From Gemmatimonadales bacterium (GTDB lineage: Bacteria; Gemmatimonadota; Gemmatimonadetes; Gemmatimonadales; GWC2-71-9), in contig DATNOR010000186.1 in the NCBI GenBank assembly GCA_035601235.1, positions 279 through 64,278 on the forward strand: DNA of 64,000 bases. The letters are read 5' to 3'. Under the pieces are notes generated by a model. The model made no database searches and had not been told where the DNA came from. It saw only the letters and a program-made list of their open reading frames with translations. Positions 9,942-19,414 of the stretch are shown here, one piece after another; within the stretch, counting starts at the first letter, position 1; every line of letters begins with the position of its first letter. Made by a program: the position numbers and the translations under genes.

Positions 9942-10864
9942 GCGCCAAGCAGCTGAAGATGGTCGCCCTCGGCCTCGCCGTGCTGCTGCTGCTGTGGGGC
10001 GGGAGCGAGCTCTTCTCGCGCGGCTCGGACACGGTCACCGGGTCGCTCGCCTTCCCGCCGCTCGCGCCAGCGGATGTCGACTCGATCGCGTTGCTGCACG
10101 GCAGCGACTCGGTGGTGCTCGCGAAGCAGTCGGCGACGGCGTGGACCGTGAACGGTCACCGCGCCGTGGCGGCGGACGTCACGGCCCTGCTCCAGGCCCT
10201 CAAAGACACCGTCCGTCCCGAGGTCGTAGCGCAGGATGTCTCGTCGTTCGCGCGCCTCCAGGTGGACAGCGCCGGGGGCCACTGGCTGTGGGTGTTCCGC
10301 GGTGGCAAACCCGTGGTCCAGGTGATCGTCGGCGGGCGCGGCAGCGATTACCAAAGCGTCTACTTGCGCCGCCCGGGCGACGCGCGCGTCTATCTGTGGC
10401 GCGGCACGCTCGTCGGGATGGCCGAGCGGCGCGCCGACGACTGGCGTGACAAGCGGATCGCCGCCCTCGTGCCCGACAGCATCAGCGCGCTGGACGTGGA
10501 GCGCGGGAAGGACCGCTATGCCGTGAGGCGCTCGGCCAGGACCTGGACGATCAACGGCCGCGCCGCCGATTCGGTGGCCGTTCACCGCTATCTCGATCGG
10601 CTCAAGTCCATCGCGGCCGCGGGGTTCGCGACACCCAAGGAAGTGGACTCGACCAAGACGCTCCGTCCTCAGCGCCGCCTCAGCGTGCGCGGGAGTGGCG
10701 GCCTGCTCCTGTCGCTCACGTTCGACTCCACCGCGACCGGCTTTGTGGTGCGCCACCTCGGCGGCGTGGGCGGCGAGGGGACCACCGTGTACCGCATGAA
10801 CACCTGGGACGTGGACGGCGTCACGCCCGCCAGCCGCTCGCTCGAGCCCGCCAAGCCGAAATAG
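9938..10864 (+). CDS. DUF4340-like accessory protein of the GldG-type ABC system
   Basis: ATGA overlap with the upstream gene. N-terminal TM anchor. This position directly after a GldG-like gene is typical for DUF4340 proteins. Confidence 0.55.
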   Translation: MSAKQLKMVALGLAVLLLLWGGSELFSRGSDTVTGSLAFPPLAPADVDSIALLHGSDSVVLAKQSATAWTVNGHRAVAADVTALLQALKDTVRPEVVAQDVSSFARLQVDSAGGHWLWVFRGGKPVVQVIVGGRGSDYQSVYLRRPGDARVYLWRGTLVGMAERRADDWRDKRIAALVPDSISALDVERGKDRYAVRRSARTWTINGRAADSVAVHRYLDRLKSIAAAGFATPKEVDSTKTLRPQRRLSVRGSGGLLLSLTFDSTATGFVVRHLGGVGGEGTTVYRMNTWDVDGVTPASRSLEPAKPK

Positions 10865-10919
10865 CACGAGTCCAACCCCTTGGCTTGGTGCAGTTTGCTT
10901 TCTATTTTGCAGGGCTCAC

Positions 10920-11873
10920 ATGGCGGACCTTTCGCTCTCGCGGAGCCAGCTGTTGCTGCTCGCCGGGACGGCCAACCGGCCGCTCGCCGAGGAGATGGCC
11001 AAGCACTTGGGGCAGCCGCTGTGTGCGGTGACGATCCGGCGGTTCGCCGACGGGGAGATTTTCGTCAAGATCGACGAGAACGTGCGCGGCCGGGATGTGT
11101 TCATCATCCAGCCGACCAACCCCCCGGCGGAGAATTGGGTCGAATTGCTGTTTCTGATCGACGCGGCGCGCCGGGCGAGCGCGGCGCGCACCACGGCGGT
11201 GCTGCCGTACTTCGGCTACGCCCGCCAGGACCGGAAGGATCAGCCGCGCGTGGCGATCAGCGCCAAGCTGATGGCGAACCTGATCACGCACGCCGGGGCG
11301 GATCGGGTGCTGGGAATGGACTTCCATTCCCACCAGCTGCAGGGGTTCTTCGACATCCCGGTGGACCACCTGTATGCGGCGCCCGTGTTCGTGAGCTACT
11401 TCCGGCAGAAGCAGCTGCACGATCCGGTCGTGGTGGCGCCCGACGTCGGGTCCGCCAAGATGGCCCGTGGATTCGCGAAGCGCCTGAACGCGTCGCTGGC
11501 GATCATCGACAAGCGGCGCCCCTCGGCGAACGTGGCCGAGGTCGTCAACGTAGTCGGCGACGTGGCCGACAAAGATTGCCTCGTCCCCGACGACATGATC
11601 GACACGGCGGGGACGGTCACCGAGGCGGCGGCGGCGCTGCAGCGGCTGGGCGCGCGCAAGATCTACGCGTTCGCGACCCACGCCCTGCTGTCGGGTCCGG
11701 CAGTGGAGCGGCTGCGCGCGTCGTGTATCGATGAGGTCGTCGTGGCGAACACGATTCGGATCCCCGAAGAGCGCCACTTCGAGAGACTGAAGGTGCTGTC
11801 GATCGCGGGCCTGATAGCCAAGGCCATCGGGTATGAGCACAGCAATCAATCGGTGAGCTCGCTGTTCGACTGA
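10920..11873 (+). CDS. prs: ribose-phosphate pyrophosphokinase
   Basis: Full-length match to the Prs pattern: FADGEIFVKI, VLPYFGYARQDRK, DMIDTAGT. Confidence 0.95.
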   Translation: MADLSLSRSQLLLLAGTANRPLAEEMAKHLGQPLCAVTIRRFADGEIFVKIDENVRGRDVFIIQPTNPPAENWVELLFLIDAARRASAARTTAVLPYFGYARQDRKDQPRVAISAKLMANLITHAGADRVLGMDFHSHQLQGFFDIPVDHLYAAPVFVSYFRQKQLHDPVVVAPDVGSAKMARGFAKRLNASLAIIDKRRPSANVAEVVNVVGDVADKDCLVPDDMIDTAGTVTEAAAALQRLGARKIYAFATHALLSGPAVERLRASCIDEVVVANTIRIPEERHFERLKVLSIAGLIAKAIGYEHSNQSVSSLFD

Positions 11874-11910
11874 TCGTGCAACCTGCAACGTATAACGGGT
11901 AACTGACTCC

Positions 11911-12690
11911 ATGGCCCAGACCATCTCTCTCGCGGCGAGCCCCCGGCAGGCGACCGGCAAGGGTGGCGCCCGCCAGGCCCGCTTCCGCGGCAAGGTCCCC
12001 GCGGTGATCTACGGGCACGGACGCGATACCCAGTCGCTCGAGCTCGAGGCCAAAGCGCTCGAGAAAGCCCTCACCGGAGTCGAGCCCGCGAGCACCATCG
12101 TCGAGCTGGCGGTGGAGGGCAAGGCGGCGGTGAAGACGCTGATCCGCGAGATCCAGCGGCACCCCCTGCGGCCCGACATCATCCACGTGGATTTTTACGA
12201 GATCCACGCCACCGAGAAGGTCAAGCTCAAGGTCCCCGTGCACCTCGTGGGCAACCCCGACGGCGTGCGCAACGCCGGCGGCGTGCTCGACCAGGTCACT
12301 CGCGAGGTGGAGATCGAGGTCCTGCCCGAGAACATCCCCGATCGGGTCGAGCTCGACGTCACCGCGCTGAAGATCGGCGACTCGCTGCACGTGCGAGAGT
12401 TGACCATCCCCAACGCCAAGATCCTCACCGACGCGAACCTCACGATCGCGACGGTGGTGCCGCCGCGCGCCGAGGAAGTGGCGGCGCCCAGCCCCGAGGC
12501 CGCGACCGAGGTGGCCGAGCCCGAGCTGATCCGCAAGGTGCGCGAAGGAGAAGAGGAAGAGGGCGAGGGAGCGGCCGAGGGCGCCGCGCCCGCCAAGCCC
12601 GAAGCCAAGGGTGGGGCGGGAGGGGGGGCGGCGGCAGCCCCGGCCAAGCCCGAGAAGGCGGAGAAGCCCAAGGGCGGCAAAGAGAGCTGA
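11911..12690 (+). CDS. rplY: 50S ribosomal protein L25 / general stress protein Ctc
   Basis: Ctc-form L25 (RxxGKGGARQxR, VPAVIYG) with a low-complexity Ala/Glu/Lys tail. Sits in the conserved prs-ctc-pth neighbourhood. Confidence 0.9.
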   Translation: MAQTISLAASPRQATGKGGARQARFRGKVPAVIYGHGRDTQSLELEAKALEKALTGVEPASTIVELAVEGKAAVKTLIREIQRHPLRPDIIHVDFYEIHATEKVKLKVPVHLVGNPDGVRNAGGVLDQVTREVEIEVLPENIPDRVELDVTALKIGDSLHVRELTIPNAKILTDANLTIATVVPPRAEEVAAPSPEAATEVAEPELIRKVREGEEEEGEGAAEGAAPAKPEAKGGAGGGAAAAPAKPEKAEKPKGGKES

Positions 12691-12693
12691 CGT

Positions 12694-13227
12694 TTGCGCG
12701 CCGTGGTCGGCCTCGGCAACCCGGGGCCAGAGTACGCGGCGACGCGGCACAATGCGGGCTTCTGGCTGGCCGACGCGCTCGTCGCGCACTGGGGGTTCCC
12801 CCCGTTCCGCCGCGGCGAGCGCGCTCGTTTCACCGAGGGTGAGGTGGACGGCGTGCCGGTCCGCATCCTCAAGCCCACGACCTACATGAACTCGAGCGGC
12901 GCCGCCCTCGCCTCGCTGCGCGCCAATCCGGCCTTCAACCCGGCGCGTGACCTGCTCATCCTCGTGGACGACTTTCAGATCCCCTGCGGCACGTTCCGGC
13001 TGCGGGGCGAGGGGTCGTCGGGCGGCCACAACGGCCTCAAGAGCATCGAGGCGGCGCTGCAGTCGCAAGCCTACCCGCGCCTGCGGATCGGCGTGGGCCC
13101 GCTCCCCGAGGGCGTGAGCGATTGGTCCGAGTACGTGCTCGCGCCGTTCGATCCTGAGCAGCTCGAGCAGCTCGAGACGCTCGAGCCCGAGCTGATCGCG
13201 GCAGTCGAGCAAGGGCTACGCACGTGA
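12694..13227 (+). CDS. pth: peptidyl-tRNA hydrolase
   Basis: VVGLGNPG, TRHNAGF and GGHNGLKS motifs. TTG start taken from the ORF track. Confidence 0.92.
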   Translation: MRAVVGLGNPGPEYAATRHNAGFWLADALVAHWGFPPFRRGERARFTEGEVDGVPVRILKPTTYMNSSGAALASLRANPAFNPARDLLILVDDFQIPCGTFRLRGEGSSGGHNGLKSIEAALQSQAYPRLRIGVGPLPEGVSDWSEYVLAPFDPEQLEQLETLEPELIAAVEQGLRT

Positions 13228-13231
13228 CGAC

Positions 13232-14335
13232 ATGCTGCGTCTCGGCATAGTCGGTCTTCCCAACGTCGGTAAGTCGACGCTCTTCAACGCGCTCACCTCG
13301 TCCAGGGCCGCGGCGGCGGAGAACTATCCGTTTTGCACCGTCGAGCCCAACGTCGGGGTGGTCGAAGTCCCCGACCCGCGGCTGGAGCAGCTGAACGCGC
13401 TCGTCAAGCCCAAAAAGAAGGTCCCCGCGGTGGTCGAGTTCGTGGACATCGCCGGGCTCGTCCGAGGCGCGTCCCAGGGCGAGGGCCTGGGCAATCAGTT
13501 CCTGTCCCACATCCGCGAGGTGGACGCCGTCGTCCATGTGATCCGCTGCTTCGACGATCCCGACGTGGTGCACGTGATGGGCCCGGTGGATCCGGTGCGC
13601 GACCACGACGTGATCACCAGCGAGCTGGCCCTGGCCGATCTCGCGGTGGTGGAGCGGCGGCTCGACAAGACCCGCAAGACCGCGCGGGCGGGTGACAAGG
13701 AGGCGCAGGCGGAGCTGGCGGTGCTCGAGCGCGTGATGGCGGAGCTGAACGCAGGTCGGGGCGCGCGCGAGGCCGGCGAGAGCGAGGAGGCCGTCCGCTT
13801 CCTGCGACAGCTCGGCCTGCTCACGGCGAAGCCGATCCTGTACGCGGCCAACGTCAACGAGCCGGACCTGGCCGCGGGCGGCGGACCCTGGCTCGACAAG
13901 CTGCGCGCCGCGGTCCAGGCGCACCACGAAGAAGCGGAGATCGTGCTGTTCTCCGCCAAGCTCGAGGCCGAGCTGGGCGAGCTGGCGGGGGACGAGCGGC
14001 GTGAGTATCTCGCGAGCGCCGGCGTGACGGAGCCGGGGCTCGACCGCCTGATTCACGCCGGGTACCGGTTGCTCGGACTGCAGACGTTCTTCACGGTGGG
14101 CGAGAACGAAGTCCGCGCCTGGACCATGCATCGGGGCGACACCGCGTTCGCGGCCGCGGGAGAGATCCACTCCGATTTCCAGCGCGGTTTCATCCGGGCC
14201 GAGACCGTGGCGTTCGCGGACTTCGTGCGGGCGGGGTCCTACAAGGCGGCCCGGGAGCAGGGCCTGGTGCGCAGCGAGGGCCGGGATTACGTGGTCAAAG
14301 ACGGCGACATCCTGCTGTTCCGGTTCAACGTGTAG
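13232..14335 (+). CDS. ychF: redox-regulated ATPase YchF
   Basis: [17 protein letters not shown]-loop and C-terminal [11 protein letters not shown], typical of YchF/OLA1. Confidence 0.95.
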   Translation: MLRLGIVGLPNVGKSTLFNALTSSRAAAAENYPFCTVEPNVGVVEVPDPRLEQLNALVKPKKKVPAVVEFVDIAGLVRGASQGEGLGNQFLSHIREVDAVVHVIRCFDDPDVVHVMGPVDPVRDHDVITSELALADLAVVERRLDKTRKTARAGDKEAQAELAVLERVMAELNAGRGAREAGESEEAVRFLRQLGLLTAKPILYAANVNEPDLAAGGGPWLDKLRAAVQAHHEEAEIVLFSAKLEAELGELAGDERREYLASAGVTEPGLDRLIHAGYRLLGLQTFFTVGENEVRAWTMHRGDTAFAAAGEIHSDFQRGFIRAETVAFADFVRAGSYKAAREQGLVRSEGRDYVVKDGDILLFRFNV

Positions 14336-14354
14336 GGAACGAGCGGGGAAAACG

Positions 14355-15632
14355 TCAGCAGATGAACCCGCGAATCGCGAGCATCGGCCCCGTATCAGGC
14401 CGCCGCCACCGAATCCAACCCTCCGCCGTACGCTGCGGCGCGGTCCCGCACCATTCGCCCGGCCAATGCACGCGCACCCTCATCCAGTCTCCGTCGATCT
14501 CGAGGGGAGCGACGCTGTACTCGGGCACGGTGCCGACCCTCCCTTCGAGCCACGCGAGCACGGCGCTGGTGTCGTCACGCGCGCCGCGCAGCGGATGTCG
14601 CCCGAGCTCCCGGAAGTACGTCGGCACGTCCTGATGCAGAAAGTGGTCCTCCCACCGTGTGACCGCCAACAGGATGTCTCCCAGCGCAAGGTATGAGCGG
14701 TGCGTCCAAACGGTTCCGTCGTCGTCCGGCGTCGGGGGCGCGTAACGGAACCGGAGCCATCCGTCGTCACGCAGCACCAGGACCGGAAGGGCGGTGCCCT
14801 CGGACGACGTGCCGATCCACCCGCCGACCGTCCATTCGCCCCAGCTCCAGCGCGGCGCGCCCCGCCGCGCCATCCACCCACGCGCCAGCCACCCCGCGAC
14901 GGGCGTGTCCGGTCCGTCGTACACGGGCACGATCACGTTGCCGAGCCATTCAAAGCCGCTGAAATTGTTGACACCATCCGCGCCGGGCGCGAGGTATCCT
15001 ACGCCGAGTGTGGAATCCCGGAAGGACCGATCAACGCTCGGCGCGCGAGGGAGCGGGCGCGGCGGCGGCGGCGCGGTCAAACTGTCGGGGAAGCGGGCGA
15101 GCGAGCCCCACGGGTCGAGCGACGCGCGGCAGCGTTCGAGGATACGGGCGGCCTGGAGAGAGGGATCGTCGAGCTGCGGCGCGTGAAACACGGTTGCCGC
15201 ATCGGCGGCGGCGGTCTGGGCCGGTAGATCGGGGATGTCGTTCTCCACCGAGCCCCGGCCCGCGTCGAAGTCGACCAGAATGATCGTGCGGCCGGCCGTG
15301 TAGCCGTACCGGTCCTCGTAATAGCGCCGTACCACACCGGCGCTGTCCGTGGCGACTTGAATCGTCCAGAACCGACGGTTTTCACCGTCACGCCGCCACA
15401 CGACCGCCCGATACCCGCGTGCGCTCCAATAGAAATCCTCGCGGCACCGCCCCCCGGTATCGACATCAGCGCGCACCCGGGGTCGAAACTCCGACAGCGC
15501 GAGCGCAGCAGGGGAAAGGCCCGGGAGGGCGATCCTATCTTGGATGACGCTGTGCCCGGGCTCCCTGCTCGGTCCGCGACAGGCGCCGAGCAGAAACGCC
15601 GGCACGGTGAGTCGGGCGAGCAGCCGTCGCAT
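14355..15632 (-). CDS. hypothetical lipoprotein (425 aa), third gene of the sigma-54 unit
   Basis: Internal ATG 15632 gives MRRLLARLTVPAFLLGAC (lipobox) and overlaps the upstream stop by 1 nt (TGATG). Trp-rich C-terminal half. No family recognised. Confidence 0.55.
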   Translation of the reverse strand: MRRLLARLTVPAFLLGACRGPSREPGHSVIQDRIALPGLSPAALALSEFRPRVRADVDTGGRCREDFYWSARGYRAVVWRRDGENRRFWTIQVATDSAGVVRRYYEDRYGYTAGRTIILVDFDAGRGSVENDIPDLPAQTAAADAATVFHAPQLDDPSLQAARILERCRASLDPWGSLARFPDSLTAPPPPRPLPRAPSVDRSFRDSTLGVGYLAPGADGVNNFSGFEWLGNVIVPVYDGPDTPVAGWLARGWMARRGAPRWSWGEWTVGGWIGTSSEGTALPVLVLRDDGWLRFRYAPPTPDDDGTVWTHRSYLALGDILLAVTRWEDHFLHQDVPTYFRELGRHPLRGARDDTSAVLAWLEGRVGTVPEYSVAPLEIDGDWMRVRVHWPGEWCGTAPQRTAEGWIRWRRPDTGPMLAIRGFIC

Positions 15633-16363
15633 CAGTACCGGCTCCACAACAGCACGGCCCCACAGCCCCCGCCGAAGCCGGTCTGGAACTCGATGGGCAC
15701 GTCGAACCCGCGCTTGTACACCTCGACCCCGGCGAGCTCGTCGACCCGTATCGTCTCGAGGAAATCGGCCGGCAGCTGCATCCCGTCGAGGAACAGCGTG
15801 AGGACGCAGCGCCGCCACAGCTCTCCACCGATGGGCAGGCAGGGTCCGATGCCGCACCGGACTTGCACCCCCGATTCACTCATCAGGCTCCGGAGCGAAA
15901 GCCCGCTGCGGCGCTCGAGGTCGGCCAACGTGTAGAACCGGCCGAAGCGCCACTTCTTGCGGTCGTAGAACCCGGCCAGGCTGCGGTCGGCGCGCCAGCT
16001 GCGTGCCTCGACCACGATCGGGCTCAACTCCACCGCGTCGACGTCGAGCAGCACCGACAGCGCCAGTGTCTTGCCGCGCTTCAGCGTGACCTCGCTGTCG
16101 TACGACAGGCTGTCGCGGTAGAGGATGCGGAGCGTCTGCCGTCCGGGCGGCAGGCCGGCAAGGGCGAAAACCCCGGCGCTATCGCTCACGCCGAACGCAC
16201 GGGCCCCGCGCACGGCGACCATTACGCCGGGGATGGGGAGGCCATTGGTGGACGACCGCGCCGTGCCCACGATCCGGGCGGTCGTGTCGCGCTGGGCCTG
16301 CCCCGGCAAACGGGACGCGCCCACGCACAGGATGAGCAGGCTGCTCAGTGCAGCGGGCTTCAC
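15632..16363 (-). CDS. secreted CarboxypepD_reg-like domain plus TonB-receptor plug-like domain, no beta-barrel
   Basis: Signal peptide MKPAALSSLLILCVGASRLPGQAQ. ARIVGTA...GLPIPGVMVAV resembles the N-terminus of SusC-type receptors. It ends ...CGAVLLWSRY at 243 aa, which is too short for a barrel. Confidence 0.55.
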   Translation of the reverse strand: MKPAALSSLLILCVGASRLPGQAQRDTTARIVGTARSSTNGLPIPGVMVAVRGARAFGVSDSAGVFALAGLPPGRQTLRILYRDSLSYDSEVTLKRGKTLALSVLLDVDAVELSPIVVEARSWRADRSLAGFYDRKKWRFGRFYTLADLERRSGLSLRSLMSESGVQVRCGIGPCLPIGGELWRRCVLTLFLDGMQLPADFLETIRVDELAGVEVYKRGFDVPIEFQTGFGGGCGAVLLWSRY

Positions 16364-16390
16364 ACACCGGAATCTACTGCGGGAAGCGGC

Positions 16391-16999
16391 TTACGGCGCG
16401 CTGGAACCGCCCTGGAGGGGGTTGCCCCGCTGGAGCCGCGGCGCGACCTGTTGCGGGTCCGGCTCGATCAGCCGCACCTGCTGTTGGGCCATGTCGCGGC
16501 TGATCCAGACCACGCGGTCACCGCACATGATGGCGTCCACCGGATAGGGCTGGCGGCCGAACGACTGGGCATCCGACGTGGCCACCTGCGTGCCCGGGAA
16601 GAAGTACCAGCAGCGCTCGCCACTGGGGTGACTGTGAATCACCCCCACGGTCCCCGTCCAGCCGGCGTCTTCACACGTCTGTTTCGGCACGACGCGCGTC
16701 TCCGTGGACTGCTTCGGATCCACGTCGGCGGGCGCGATGCGATGCACGATCACGGCGTTCCCGTGCATCTCACCGATCATGCAGCCCATGAACTCGGTCG
16801 GAAAGGACCGATACTGCAGCATCAAGTAGCGGCGCGCCTGCTCGGACAGCACCAGCGCCCGCGCGTGCGAAACCCGCGTCGCCGCAACGGCGCTGAAGCG
16901 CGCAGGCTCCGGCTGCAGCGCCAACAGGGTGATCAACCCTGCTGCCGCCCCGACGGCGCGTGTGGCGCGCGCGCGAAGCCAGAGACCCGCTGCTTGCAT
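16391..16999 (-). CDS. membrane-anchored or secreted JAB/MPN-like protein (putative metallopeptidase fold)
   Basis: The CDS is well supported. The function call rests on EFMGCMIGE ... GVIHSHPSGE ... TSDAQSF, which resembles the JAMM E / HxH / S..D layout but has non-canonical spacing. N-terminal hydrophobic segment. Confidence 0.45.
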   Translation of the reverse strand: MQAAGLWLRARATRAVGAAAGLITLLALQPEPARFSAVAATRVSHARALVLSEQARRYLMLQYRSFPTEFMGCMIGEMHGNAVIVHRIAPADVDPKQSTETRVVPKQTCEDAGWTGTVGVIHSHPSGERCWYFFPGTQVATSDAQSFGRQPYPVDAIMCGDRVVWISRDMAQQQVRLIEPDPQQVAPRLQRGNPLQGGSSAP

Positions 17000-17035
17000 G
17001 CGTCGCTTCCTGGTGCGTGTTCGTCATCGTAGTAA

Positions 17036-17052
17036 AGCAAGAGCGGTGCCAA
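17036..17052 (-). promoter_or_regulatory. sigma-54 (-24/-12) promoter
   Basis: The minus strand reads TTGGCACcgctcTTGCTt, an exact TGGCAC-N5-TTGC. The -12 GC is 38 nt upstream of ATG 16999. Confidence 0.6.
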
Positions 17053-17120
17053 TTCGCGCTCAACACCGCGCCCCGTCGCAACTCCTTATCGAAAGGATGA
17101 TTGAGCGGGGCGTCGCGTAT

Positions 17121-17136
17121 CGTGATGGTCGTCACA
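17121..17136. promoter_or_regulatory. palindrome cGTGA-tggtcg-TCACa (UAS/CRP-type box)
   Basis: 9 of 10 match to TGTGA-N6-TCACA. About 100 nt upstream of the predicted sigma-54 start and 180 nt upstream of rpsF. Confidence 0.45.
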
Positions 17137-17181
17137 CCGTGTCGCCGCGGCCTCAAAAACCCCGCATTGCGCGACGGCATA

Positions 17182-17197
17182 CGTGAGCGACATCACG
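17182..17197. promoter_or_regulatory. palindrome cGTGA-gcgaca-TCACg (UAS/CRP-type box)
   Basis: Same GTGA-N6-TCAC core. Its centre is 61 bp from the 17121 box. Confidence 0.4.
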
Positions 17198-17308
17198 CGC
17201 GCGACGCGCCCTTCCACACCCGGCGCCGCGGTTCTATCTTTCCGCCTGTTGCGATCCCTACTCGGCGCGGCACCTGCGTCGGGTCGCCTATGACCAAAGG
17301 GAGGTGGC

Positions 17309-17677
17309 ATGGCTCGTCGCTACGAGACCGTCTACATCTTCGATCCCGCACTGGAAGAGCCCGCGATCAGCGAAAAGCTGGAGCGGTTTCACGCCCTCCT
17401 CACCAAAGACGCTAAGGGCACCATTACCAACGTCGCGCAGTGGGGCAAGCGTTCCCTCGCGTTCCCCATCAAGAAGAAAGACTCCGGCTACTATGTGGTC
17501 GCACAGTACGAGACCGCGGGGGCGCTGCTCCCCGAGTACGAGCGGGCCGTGAAGCTCGACGAGGGCGTGCTGCGGTTCCTCGTGGTCGTGTCCGAAGGCC
17601 TGCCGGCCAAGCCCGCGGCCGCTCCCGCGGTCATCGCGGCCGACGTCGTGGACGAGATCGAGGAGGACGACGCATGA
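17309..17677 (+). CDS. rpsF: 30S ribosomal protein S6
   Basis: [13 protein letters not shown]... is a typical S6 N-terminus. Strong SD AGGGAGGTGG upstream. Acidic C-terminal tail. Confidence 0.95.
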   Translation: MARRYETVYIFDPALEEPAISEKLERFHALLTKDAKGTITNVAQWGKRSLAFPIKKKDSGYYVVAQYETAGALLPEYERAVKLDEGVLRFLVVVSEGLPAKPAAAPAVIAADVVDEIEEDDA

Positions 17678-17895
17678 GACGGCCCGCCAAGACGTGTCCC
17701 GTGTGCGAGTCCGGGGTGCGGGTGCTCGACTACAAGGACGACCGCACGCTCGGCCGCTTCCTGACCGAGCGCGGCAAGATTCTCCCCAGCCGGCTGTCGG
17801 GCATGTGCGCGCGGCACCAGCGCCAGCTCGCCACCGCGATCAAGCGCGCGCGCCAACTGGCGCTGCTGCCCTACATCAAGGGATACGTCGGCTGA
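17674..17895 (+). CDS. rpsR: 30S ribosomal protein S18
   Basis: ATGA overlap with rpsF. [25 protein letters not shown] and [18 protein letters not shown]. Confidence 0.95.
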   Translation: MRRPAKTCPVCESGVRVLDYKDDRTLGRFLTERGKILPSRLSGMCARHQRQLATAIKRARQLALLPYIKGYVG

Positions 17896-17897
17896 CG

Positions 17898-18428
17898 GTG
17901 GGGCGCTGGCTCGGCCTCGTGGCGCTGTCGTTCGCCGCGCTGCGGCTGGCGGCGCGACCGGGATCGCGGGCCCAGTGGCTCGTGCTGGCCGGCGCCGCCG
18001 GAGCCGGCGTGGCGCTGCTGCTCGGGCCCGCGGCCGGATTGCTGGGCGCCCTGGACCGGGCCTGGATCGTGCTGGTGTCGGTAGCGTTCGCCGCCGGCGT
18101 CGCCGCACGCCCGGCCGGCGCGCGCTTCTGGCCGCTCGCGCTGCGGGCGTGTCTCTACACGGCGGCCGGTGTGGCGATCCTCGGGCCGCTCACCGTGGGA
18201 CCGTCGGTGTGGCAGGAAGCCCACTGGGAGGCGACGCGCGACGCGAGCGGCGCCATGCGGCGCGTGATCGAGGTCGCCCCGGGCCTGTACCCGGCGTTCG
18301 AGCCCACGGTGCGGCTGCTCGCGGCCGGCTGGCCCGTGTGGCTCGTGCTCGAGACGCTCGTCGCACTCGCGCTCGCCTGGCGGGCCACGCGGGCGTTGGC
18401 GCGCACGCCGCTCGCCGCCCCGGCGTGA
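17898..18428 (+). CDS. hypothetical polytopic membrane protein between rpsR and rplI
   Basis: In-frame GTG 17898, 2 nt after the rpsR stop. Ala/Leu-rich with several hydrophobic spans. G/C-rich third codon positions. Confidence 0.5.
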   Translation: MGRWLGLVALSFAALRLAARPGSRAQWLVLAGAAGAGVALLLGPAAGLLGALDRAWIVLVSVAFAAGVAARPAGARFWPLALRACLYTAAGVAILGPLTVGPSVWQEAHWEATRDASGAMRRVIEVAPGLYPAFEPTVRLLAAGWPVWLVLETLVALALAWRATRALARTPLAAPA

Positions 18429-18466
18429 ACCTTTTCCGCGTAATTCTTTCTTAAGGAACGCGAACC

Positions 18467-18910
18467 ATGGAAGTGATTCTGCGTGAAGCCGTGCAGCACC
18501 TGGGCACCGCGGGCGACGTCGTGAAGGTCAAGGACGGCTACGCCCGCAACTACCTGCTGCCGAAGGGACTCGCCTACCCGGCCACCGAGGCGAACAAGAA
18601 GAAGATCGCGTACGAGGCGGAGCGGATCGCGCGGCAGCGCGCCGACGAGAAGAGCGCCGCCGAGACCGAGGCCACGCGCATCGCCGAGGTCCGGCTCAGC
18701 TTCGCCGTCAAGGTCGGCGAGGAGGACAAGCTGTACGGCTCGGTCACGGCGGGCGACGTGCAGCGCAAGCTCGAGGAGCTCGGGATCAAGGTGGACAAGC
18801 GCAAGGTCGATCTCCCCGAGCCGATCCGCGAGCTGGGCGAGTTCCGCGTCGGCATCAAGCTGCACCCCGACGTGCGTCCCGAAATCCAGGTGACGGTAGT
18901 CAAGGAATAG
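18467..18910 (+). CDS. rplI: 50S ribosomal protein L9
   Basis: MEVILREAVQHLGTAGDVVKVKDGYARNYLLPKGLA is the canonical L9 N-terminus. Confidence 0.95.
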   Translation: MEVILREAVQHLGTAGDVVKVKDGYARNYLLPKGLAYPATEANKKKIAYEAERIARQRADEKSAAETEATRIAEVRLSFAVKVGEEDKLYGSVTAGDVQRKLEELGIKVDKRKVDLPEPIRELGEFRVGIKLHPDVRPEIQVTVVKE

Positions 18911-19006
18911 CCGCCCGCTCAACGTCCGGACGAGGATGGCCATACTACTGATATGCGGGCGCGGGATGCTCACGGGCGGACGGAACAAACACGCGCTCGG
19001 GGCGCT

Positions 19007-19414
19007 ATGACTAGCAGGCGCAGCGGGCGCCCCGCGGGGCGCCCCGGTGGCGATGCGCTGGCGGCGCTGCGGCGCGTGACGGCGGCCCTCGTCGACCGCA
19101 AGGGCATCGACCTGATGGTGCTCGACCTGCGTGGCTTGACGGCCGCCGCAGATTTCTTCGTGATCGTGTCGGGAACATCGGATGCGCACGTGCGGGGGAT
19201 GGCGGAGCACCTGATGACCGCGCTCGAGCCGCGCGGCATCGTGCCGCATCACGTGGAAGGCCTGGGACAGGGGCGGTGGGTGCTGCTCGACTACGTGGAT
19301 TTCGTGGTGCACGTTTTTCATCCGGAATTGCGGGAGTTCTATCAGCTCGAGCGCCTGTGGGGTGACGCCCCGGTGCTCGCGGCGGGCGCACCCGAGGGCG
19401 GGTCGAAAGGATGA
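19007..19414 (+). CDS. rsfS: ribosomal silencing factor RsfS (Iojap-like)
   Basis: DFFVIVSGTSDAHVRGMAEHL and WVLLDYVDFVVHVFHPELREFYQLERLW. ATG 19007 preferred over the longer 18953 start. Confidence 0.85.
   Translation: MTSRRSGRPAGRPGGDALAALRRVTAALVDRKGIDLMVLDLRGLTAAADFFVIVSGTSDAHVRGMAEHLMTALEPRGIVPHHVEGLGQGRWVLLDYVDFVVHVFHPELREFYQLERLWGDAPVLAAGAPEGGSKG

Noticed and set aside
10895-10912. Bacteroidota-type -7 promoter motif (TAnnTTTG) upstream of prs
   Set aside because: The sequence is TATTTTG, one T short of the motif, and it lies only ~10 nt from the ATG. One imperfect hit is not evidence.
12540-12690. Low-complexity Glu/Ala/Lys/Gly-rich DNA at the 3' end of the L25/Ctc gene
   Set aside because: Ctc-type L25 proteins commonly carry such disordered C-terminal tails. 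There is no nucleotide-level tandem periodicity like that of the heptamer arrays.
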